Assembly: GCA_963631395.1 (NCBI GenBank)
Contig: CAVGQN010000001.1
Coordinates: 1,368-65,367 of the forward strand
Direction of reading: 5' to 3'
Origin: a bacterium
GTDB taxonomy: Bacteria; Bacteroidota; Bacteroidia; Bacteroidales; UBA3663
DNA: 64,000 bases
Each line of letters starts with the position of its first letter. Position 1 is the first letter of the stretch. A program made the translations under genes and the position numbers. Positions 54,014-61,041 of the stretch are shown one piece after another. A model generated the notes under the pieces. That model was given only the letters and a program-made list of their open reading frames with translations, made no database searches and had not been told where the DNA came from.

Positions 54014-55825
54014 ATGGCAGCATTGCAAAGTTACCTGCAGATAACAGGCCTCACCAAGTCGTTTGGAGATCTTGTCCTCTTTGACAATATCTCTCTCGGT
54101 ATTAGCGAAGGCGACCGTGTGGGTCTTATAGCCAGGAATGGGGCGGGCAAGACTACCCTGCTGAACGTTATCACAGGGGAAGAGGGCGCAGACTCCGGCG
54201 AAATCATCTTTCGCAGCGGTCTGCGCGTCTCTTATCTAAGCCAAAGTCCGACTTTTCCCGTAGGGGCAACTGTCGGACAAGTCTGCGGCGACAACGCAGA
54301 GATGCTCCGCATCCTGACACAGCTGAAGGTTACGGACATGCATCAGCCCGTAGAGTTGCTGTCGGGCGGACAACGCAAGCGTTTGGCTTTGGCCCAAGTG
54401 CTGGCCAGCGACCCGCAGTTTATGATTCTGGACGAGCCGACCAACCACCTCGACCTTGAGATGGTAGAGTGGCTGGAAGACTACCTGTCGCACACACGCA
54501 CCACGTTGCTGATGGTGACGCACGACCGCTACTTCCTCGACCGCGTCTGCAACCGCATCGTCGAACTCTCTGACCGGACGCTCTACACCTACAAGGGTAA
54601 CTATGCCTACTATCTGGAGAAGCGGCAGGAGCGTATCGACTCGCAAAACGCCATGGTCGTCCGCGCCAACAACTTGCTCCGCACCGAACTCGACTGGATG
54701 CGCCGCCAGCCTCAGGCCCGAGGCCATAAGAGCCGCAGCCGTATCGAGGCCTTTTACGAACTGGAGGAACGAGCCAAGCGCCGCCGCGAACAGCAGGCCG
54801 TACGGCTGCAGATGAAGTCGAGCTATATCGGCAACAAGATCTTCGAGGCCCGGCACGTCAGCAAGAGTTTTCCGGGCAAAGCTCCCGGCGACCCCGAGCG
54901 AGTCATCGTCAAAGACTACGACTACACTTTTGCCCGCTACGAGAAGATGGGCATCATCGGGCCTAACGGCGTCGGCAAGACGACTTTCCTCAAGATGCTG
55001 CTCGGTGAGGTGGCTCCTGACCGAGGCCGCTTCGATATCGGCGACACCGTCCGCTTCGGCTACTACAGCCAGGAGGGTTTGCAGTTCGACGAGAGCAAGC
55101 AGGTCATCGACATCGTCCGCGACATTGCAGAGTATGTGCAACTCAGTGACGGCAGCCGCCTGTCGGCTACGCAGTTCCTGCAGAACTTTCTCTTTCCGCC
55201 CGAGAAGCAGCACAGCTTCGTCTACAAACTCAGTGGCGGCGAACGGCGCAGGCTCTATCTTTGCACCGTGCTGATGCGGTCGCCCAATTTCCTGATTCTG
55301 GACGAGCCGACCAACGACCTGGATATCGTTACGCTCAATGTGCTTGAGGAATACTTGCAGGATTTCGGCGGCTGCGTAATCGTGGTCAGCCACGACCGCT
55401 ACTTTATGGATAAGGTGGTGGACCATCTGCTCGTCTTCCGCGGGAACGGCGAACTGCAAGACTACCCGGGCAACTATAGCGACTACCGGGAGTGGAAACG
55501 GCTGAAGGAGCAGGAACAGGCTGAGGCTGCCGCAGGTGTCTCTGCCGGTAAGGGTTCGCAAACTTCGGTTACTGATGCACCGCAAAACGTGAAGCCCAAG
55601 TCGCCCAAAGCTCCCAAACTCTCGTTCAAGGAGAAGCAGGAGTTTGCGGCCCTCGAGGAGGAACTTCCCAAACTCGAGGCCGAAAAGAAAGAACTTGAGG
55701 CCTTGATGTCGAGCGGGACACTGACAGGTCCCGAGATTGTGGCCAAAGGACAGCGCATGCAAGCTCTCATCGACGAGATAGACGAGAAAGAGATGCGTTG
55801 GCTCGAACTGTCGGAAAAAGCTTGA
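54014..55825 (+). CDS. ABC-F family ATPase (two ABC domains, no TM domains; Uup/EttA-like)
   Basis: 603 aa. Walker A occurs as ARNGAGKTT and GPNGVGKTT, and the signature as LSGGQRKR and LSGGERRR. The C-terminus is a coiled coil. Confidence 0.85.
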   Translation: MAALQSYLQITGLTKSFGDLVLFDNISLGISEGDRVGLIARNGAGKTTLLNVITGEEGADSGEIIFRSGLRVSYLSQSPTFPVGATVGQVCGDNAEMLRILTQLKVTDMHQPVELLSGGQRKRLALAQVLASDPQFMILDEPTNHLDLEMVEWLEDYLSHTRTTLLMVTHDRYFLDRVCNRIVELSDRTLYTYKGNYAYYLEKRQERIDSQNAMVVRANNLLRTELDWMRRQPQARGHKSRSRIEAFYELEERAKRRREQQAVRLQMKSSYIGNKIFEARHVSKSFPGKAPGDPERVIVKDYDYTFARYEKMGIIGPNGVGKTTFLKMLLGEVAPDRGRFDIGDTVRFGYYSQEGLQFDESKQVIDIVRDIAEYVQLSDGSRLSATQFLQNFLFPPEKQHSFVYKLSGGERRRLYLCTVLMRSPNFLILDEPTNDLDIVTLNVLEEYLQDFGGCVIVVSHDRYFMDKVVDHLLVFRGNGELQDYPGNYSDYREWKRLKEQEQAEAAAGVSAGKGSQTSVTDAPQNVKPKSPKAPKLSFKEKQEFAALEEELPKLEAEKKELEALMSSGTLTGPEIVAKGQRMQALIDEIDEKEMRWLELSEKA

Positions 55826-55896
55826 CTTCCGACCGACCCAAACACGACAAAAGACAAAGACTAAACATTAAGATAGACTCAACATTAGGAAATGAG

Positions 55897-57483
55897 ATGA
55901 AAAGACTACTGGCCATACTGCTCTGTGCTATCGCTCTTGCCCCCGTTTGGGCAAGGCGGGCCAAATCGGTCCCTACGCCTGTGGACAAGGCGAAATATGA
56001 GTTCCGTGGAACATGGATACAGACTTCGTTCCAGGAACGCTACCAACACATGACGCCGGAGCAGTGTCAGGTGTATTTGGACAATCTGATTGACGACTTG
56101 GCCTCGACGGGGTTCAATGCTGTCATCTTTCAGATCCGTCCGGAGGGAGATGCCTTCTATAAGAGCAGTTATGAGCCGTGGAGCCGCTTCCTGACAGGTA
56201 CACAAGGAGTGGCACCGGACCCTGAGTGGGACCCGATGGCCTATCTCATCGATTTGTGTCACCGGAGGCAGATGGAGTTCCACGCCTGGATCAACCCCTA
56301 TCGGATGACGGCTAGCAAATGGACTAAAATGGCACCCGGACATCTCTACGAGCAGCATCCGGAGTGGTTCGTGCGCTATGACGGCAAGCTCTACCTCAAT
56401 CCGGCCATGCCCGAATGCCGCAGTTATGTGCGCGAGGTGGTCAAGGATATCGTATCGCGCTATGACGTCGATGCCATCCACATGGACGACTACTTCTATC
56501 CCTATCCTGTAGGCGGGCAGCCGTTTGACGACCGTGTTGCATTCGAGACGTATGCCCCGATAATGGGATTCGATGTGCAAGACCCTTCGGCCTTGGGCGA
56601 CTTCCGCCGTCGTTGTGTCAGCATTCTGATCAAGAGCATACACGAAGACATACGCGCCCTGAAGCCTTGGGTGCGCTTTGGTGTCAGTCCTTTCGGTATC
56701 TACCGCAATGCTTCCGATGTCTATCCCGAGGGGTCACAGACCTCCGGTACGCAGTGTTATAGCGACCTCTATGCCGACATCCTGCTTTGGGCCAGAAGCG
56801 GATGGATAGATTATGTCATTCCCCAGCTCTATTGGGAGATAGGTCATCCGCAGGCAGACTATACGACTCTCGTGCGGTGGTGGAATAGCCACGTGCCACA
56901 GTCTTGTAAACTATATATCGGCCAAAGCATCGAACGCTCACTGGATCATCCGAAGGAGTACAAGCCCGTTTCGGATCTCCGTCGGGAGCACGCGGTGATG
57001 GACCGCAAACTGGCCCAAGCGGCTGAGGGCAACAACATCGCCGGCAATTGCTTTTGGTATGCCTATCAGATAGCGGGCAACAATTTCCATGTGCGCGATT
57101 ACTTGCAGGACAATGTCTATGTGCAGCCTGTTTTGCCTCCGGCCTACACCAATATCGACAGCAAAATCCCAGAGAAGGTGCAGAAACTCGAACTGGAGAT
57201 GACGGAGCGTGGATTGCATCTCTCATGGCGCCAGAGTGAGAACACCGCTCCTATGCAGAAGCCCCGCTACTACTGCATCTACAAGTTCTGCAAGGGAGAC
57301 AAGGTAAGTACGGCCAACTGTTCGCATCTGTTTGCCCGTACTTCCGGCACCGAAATCTATGACACCGATGTGACCCATTCGGCCAAATATACTTATGTTG
57401 TGACGGCCGTCGATGCCGTGGGCAATGAGTCACGTGCGGTCAAGAAATCCTTAAAAGTAAAACCCAAACCTGATACAAAATGA
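55897..57483 (+). CDS. Glycosyl hydrolase-like 10 (GHL10/DUF187, YngK-like) secreted protein
   Basis: I place the start at the internal ATG 55897 (MKRLLAILLCAIALAPVWA). The TIM-barrel blocks are FNAVIFQIRPEGDAFY, FHAWINPYR and IHMDDYFYPY. Confidence 0.7.
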   Translation: MKRLLAILLCAIALAPVWARRAKSVPTPVDKAKYEFRGTWIQTSFQERYQHMTPEQCQVYLDNLIDDLASTGFNAVIFQIRPEGDAFYKSSYEPWSRFLTGTQGVAPDPEWDPMAYLIDLCHRRQMEFHAWINPYRMTASKWTKMAPGHLYEQHPEWFVRYDGKLYLNPAMPECRSYVREVVKDIVSRYDVDAIHMDDYFYPYPVGGQPFDDRVAFETYAPIMGFDVQDPSALGDFRRRCVSILIKSIHEDIRALKPWVRFGVSPFGIYRNASDVYPEGSQTSGTQCYSDLYADILLWARSGWIDYVIPQLYWEIGHPQADYTTLVRWWNSHVPQSCKLYIGQSIERSLDHPKEYKPVSDLRREHAVMDRKLAQAAEGNNIAGNCFWYAYQIAGNNFHVRDYLQDNVYVQPVLPPAYTNIDSKIPEKVQKLELEMTERGLHLSWRQSENTAPMQKPRYYCIYKFCKGDKVSTANCSHLFARTSGTEIYDTDVTHSAKYTYVVTAVDAVGNESRAVKKSLKVKPKPDTK

Positions 57484-58376
57484 AAAAACTGATTGCTGAC
57501 AGCGGTTCGACGCGGACCTCATGGTGCCTGGTAGATTCTGACAAGGATATGCCGACACTGGTGCAGCCGGTCTATACGCAAGGCTTGAACCCATTATATG
57601 CTACAGCAGATGAAATAGCCGACACGGCATTGCAAGTTATGGCTCAGACGGGCGACTCCTATCCCGACCTGATACAGTTCTACGGCGCCGGCTGCAGCGG
57701 AGAGCGCGTGCAGATGGTAGAGGACGCCTTGCGGCGTGTCGTCACACCGGCCACCCGGATAGAGGTGGCTTCCGACTTGCTCTGTGCGTGCCGAGCCTTG
57801 TATCCTGACCCGAGGAGCGAAGCCTGGGACAGGCACTTCCCGTACGGCAAGGGCATTGCCTGTATCATGGGTACAGGGTCTATTGCAGCCCGTTATGACG
57901 CCATGACCGATAAGATGGAGGCAGCCCCGAGCCTGGGGTACATCCTGGGCGATGAGGGCAGCGGTGCCTGGCTTGGACGCCAGGTATTGAGCGACTACCT
58001 GAAGCAACAGATGCCGCGCTCTATACGCAACATCTTCGAGGAGGATTACGGGGTCGGAGCCATTACGGCCGAGTCGGTCATCCAGCATGTCTACAAGAAT
58101 CCGTTCCCGAACCGTTACTTGGCTTCGTTTGCCGTATTCGTCGGCCAGCATCTCGAGTACGGCTATTGCAAGAACCTGGCCTACAACGGGGTCGATGCCT
58201 TCTTCCGGCGCAACATCCTGGCCCTCAATCCCGCTCCTGCCGAACCGATATCCTTTGTCGGTAGCGTGGCTTACTATTTGCGCAACATCCTCGAGATGGT
58301 GTCGTCCATGCATGACCTGCAGTTCGGGCAAATCCTGAAAGAACCTATGGAGGGACTGATCAGAGTCAAGGAGTGA
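57480..58376 (+). CDS. BadF/BadG/BcrA/BcrD-type ATPase (N-acetylglucosamine-kinase-like sugar kinase)
   Basis: 298 aa. The start overlaps the previous stop (ATGA). MKKLIADSGSTRTSWCLVD is the ASKHA phosphate-1 motif. Also present are GTGSIA and LGDEGSGAWLG. Confidence 0.7.
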   Translation: MKKLIADSGSTRTSWCLVDSDKDMPTLVQPVYTQGLNPLYATADEIADTALQVMAQTGDSYPDLIQFYGAGCSGERVQMVEDALRRVVTPATRIEVASDLLCACRALYPDPRSEAWDRHFPYGKGIACIMGTGSIAARYDAMTDKMEAAPSLGYILGDEGSGAWLGRQVLSDYLKQQMPRSIRNIFEEDYGVGAITAESVIQHVYKNPFPNRYLASFAVFVGQHLEYGYCKNLAYNGVDAFFRRNILALNPAPAEPISFVGSVAYYLRNILEMVSSMHDLQFGQILKEPMEGLIRVKE

Positions 58377-58390
58377 GATAGTGAACTTGA

Positions 58391-58496
58391 ACAAGTAGAG
58401 AGCCCAGACAACAAGAGAGCCCCAAACATAGAAAAAGAAAAGAGTAACGTAGTAGATGCTAGAAAAAAGTAGATACGAGACAAAAGAAAGAGAGCG
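58391..58496. repeat. Purine-rich spacer built from about five degenerate 20-24-nt tandem units
   Basis: The units are acaagtagagagcccagaca / acaagagagccccaaacatag / aaaaagaaaagagtaacgtag / tagatgctagaaaaaagtag / atacgagacaaaagaaagagagcg. The array ends at the ATG of the DMT gene. Confidence 0.5.
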
Positions 58497-58883
58497 ATGA
58501 GTCCGATGTTTTGGAAAGGGGCAGGTACTGTCCTGATGTTGGTTGTGTCCAATGTCTTTATGACGTTTGCTTGGTACGGCAACTTCAAGTTGCGGGAGAT
58601 GTTCCCGTCCTTCAGGAATTGGCCGCTGATAGCCGTTGTCCTCATTTCGTGGGGTATGGCATTCTTCGAGTATATGATTGCCGTCCCGGCCAACAGGTTG
58701 GGATTCCATGAGACGGGAGGTCCGTACAGTCTGATTCAACTGAAGGTCATCCAGGAGACGGTGTCGCTCATCGTGTTTACCTTGATAGTCAGGGCCGTCT
58801 TCCAGAACGAGCCTCTGCACTGGAATCACCTCGCGGCCTTCGTCTGCATCATCATGGCAGTGTTTTTCTCATTTCTCAAATAG
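58497..58883 (+). CDS. Small DMT-superfamily membrane protein (DUF486-like)
   Basis: 128 aa with four hydrophobic segments. The N-terminus is LMLVVSNVFMTFAWYGNFKL. Confidence 0.6.
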   Translation: MSPMFWKGAGTVLMLVVSNVFMTFAWYGNFKLREMFPSFRNWPLIAVVLISWGMAFFEYMIAVPANRLGFHETGGPYSLIQLKVIQETVSLIVFTLIVRAVFQNEPLHWNHLAAFVCIIMAVFFSFLK

Positions 58884-58971
58884 GAGTCTTTGACTACGAC
58901 TGAAATAGGAATCTTTGACCGCGAACCTTTCGATAACCATTGACAACAACTCTATAAAAACAACAAACCGA

Positions 58972-60057
58972 ATGAAACTGATGAAAAAGAATCTTCTTCT
59001 CCTCCCACTTGCACTGGGTCTCGTAGCCTGTGCTTCGGGTAGGAAAACCGTGACGCCCGGCAATCTGCAGAAGGGCGACTACGGCTACCTTTTCTGCCAC
59101 ATGAGCGACCGCGGACAGTGGACGGCCTATGCCTTGAGCCGCGACGGCCTGCATTATCACGACCTTCTCAATGGCGACAGCATATTCAGCGCCGTCGAGA
59201 TGGCACAGATAGAGGGCGGCACGCGCGATGCCTACATCTGCCGCAAGCATGACGGGAGCGGGTATCTGATGGTGACGACCGACATGAACAACAGCATGAC
59301 CAAGCGTCTCGGCAAGGGTGGAACGTGGGAGAACTTCGGCATCAACCTGCTGACCTCCGATGACTTGATACACTGGAAGAGCACGACCTTCGATTTCCGC
59401 AAAGGCCCTGCTATCTTCAGCGACGGTGATACGGCTCCGGATGTCTACAAAGACTGGAGTAAGGTGTGCCGTGTCTGGGCTCCGCAGATTTTCTGGGACC
59501 CGACGTACCGATGGCCGAATGGCAAGAAAGGCGGGTACTTTGTCTACTATAGCCTTCTCAACCGGGAAGAGGACCAGTATGACCGGATGTTCTATAGCTA
59601 TGCCGACGAGTCGTTCACGCAACTCACCAAGCCGCAACTGATGTTCGACTGGGGCTACGCCACCATTGACGCAGACATCAACTACCTGACCACCGATAGC
59701 CTTTTCCATTTGATGATCAAGAAGGAAGGCGGACATCCCGGATTGTACACAGCTACGTCTCCGGCATTGACCGGTCCCTGGAGCGAACCTCTGGAAGATG
59801 ATTACGTGGACTTTGAGGGTAAGAAAAAATGCGAGGGAGTCTCGGCCTTCCAGCTGGTGGGCGAAGAAGGCTGGCGTATCGGCTACATCGAGTATTCCTC
59901 ACGTCCTCGCCGCTACCGGATTTGCAAGGCCGATGCCTATATGCGCAACTTCTCTGACCCGCAGGACATACAGGGTGTCAATGGTCCACAGCACGGGTCT
60001 TTTATGCGTCTCACCAAAGAAGAGTATGACCGTCTTGAGGCGTGGGGAAACAAGTGA
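58972..60057 (+). CDS. GH43-like five-bladed beta-propeller lipoprotein
   Basis: I place the start at the internal ATG 58972 (MKLMKKNLLLLPLALGLVACAS), which gives a lipobox. The blocks are RDAYICRKHDGSGYLMVTTD (putative base Asp), VWAPQIFWDP, and EGVSAFQL (putative acid Glu). Confidence 0.55.
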   Translation: MKLMKKNLLLLPLALGLVACASGRKTVTPGNLQKGDYGYLFCHMSDRGQWTAYALSRDGLHYHDLLNGDSIFSAVEMAQIEGGTRDAYICRKHDGSGYLMVTTDMNNSMTKRLGKGGTWENFGINLLTSDDLIHWKSTTFDFRKGPAIFSDGDTAPDVYKDWSKVCRVWAPQIFWDPTYRWPNGKKGGYFVYYSLLNREEDQYDRMFYSYADESFTQLTKPQLMFDWGYATIDADINYLTTDSLFHLMIKKEGGHPGLYTATSPALTGPWSEPLEDDYVDFEGKKKCEGVSAFQLVGEEGWRIGYIEYSSRPRRYRICKADAYMRNFSDPQDIQGVNGPQHGSFMRLTKEEYDRLEAWGNK

Positions 60058-60073
60058 ACTCCGGCAAAGTCAA

Positions 60074-60182
60074 TGAGACTAGTCCCGATGAGCCATGAAA
60101 CTAGTCCCGACAGGCCATAAGACTAGTCTTGTTGCCTGATGAAACTAGTCTCATTTTCAGATAGGGTAAATACGACTAGAAT
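60074..60182. repeat. Four to five tandem 22-bp units, each centred on the palindrome ACTAGT
   Basis: The units are tgagactagtcccgatgagcca / tgaaactagtcccgacaggcca / taagactagtcttgttgcctga / tgaaactagtctcattttcag / atagggtaaatacgactagaat. The array ends 30 nt before the ATG at 60212. Confidence 0.8.
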
Positions 60183-60211
60183 TTGAAGAAATACAAAAAA
60201 ATAAAACCGAT

Positions 60212-60994
60212 ATGAAGAAAATATTGCTTTTGTGTACACTCCTGGCGAGTGTGATGACGGGTGTGGCCCAAAACGACTGGGCCGGTAAACGGGTTGGCGT
60301 CTTGGGCGACAGTATGACTGATCCCCGCAACAAGTCGGCCAACTATCACTATTACGACTACCTGCGTGACAGTTTGGGCATCGTCCCCTACATCTTTGCC
60401 CGCAGCGGCAACCAGTGGCATCAGATCTACACCTATGCCGAGAAGATGATTGAAGAACGTGGCGACAGCCTCGATGCCATCCTCATTTGGGCCGGTACCA
60501 ACGACTATATGCACTCAACCCCTATGGGTCAGTTCTATACCGAGCGCGACACCATCGTCAACTACAATGGCAAGATGGTGCCTCGCAAGGCGCGCGACTT
60601 TGTCATGGCCGACTCTACTTTCTGCGGACGTATCAACAGGGTGATGAGTCTGCTCAAGCATCGCTATCCGCGTCAACAGATTGTCATCATGACGCCTCCG
60701 CACAGAGGTCTTGCCAATCTCGCCGAACGCAATGTGCAGCCACACGAGAACATCGCCAATGGCCAGGACCTTTACATCGAGGACTATGTACACGCCTTGT
60801 GCCGTGCCGGCGAGTTGTGGAGCGTCCCCGTGATAGACGTCTTCAGCCTCTGCGGACTCTATCCTATGGACGACAGTTATAACCAGTATATCAACCGTCC
60901 GGAGTCCGACCGACTGCATCCCAACAACGAGGGTCACATCCGAATCGGGAAGACAATATTGGGCCAACTGCGTAATTTGCCGTCCAGGTTTTAA
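60212..60994 (+). CDS. SGNH/GDSL-family hydrolase (esterase/lipase)
   Basis: 260 aa with a signal peptide. Block I is VGVLGDSMTD (catalytic Ser), block III is WAGTNDY and block V is DRLHPNNEGH. Confidence 0.75.
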   Translation: MKKILLLCTLLASVMTGVAQNDWAGKRVGVLGDSMTDPRNKSANYHYYDYLRDSLGIVPYIFARSGNQWHQIYTYAEKMIEERGDSLDAILIWAGTNDYMHSTPMGQFYTERDTIVNYNGKMVPRKARDFVMADSTFCGRINRVMSLLKHRYPRQQIVIMTPPHRGLANLAERNVQPHENIANGQDLYIEDYVHALCRAGELWSVPVIDVFSLCGLYPMDDSYNQYINRPESDRLHPNNEGHIRIGKTILGQLRNLPSRF

Positions 60995-61041
60995 ACCTTT
61001 CGGGAGAATGCCATTCTTAAAATCGGAAAATATTTATAAAG

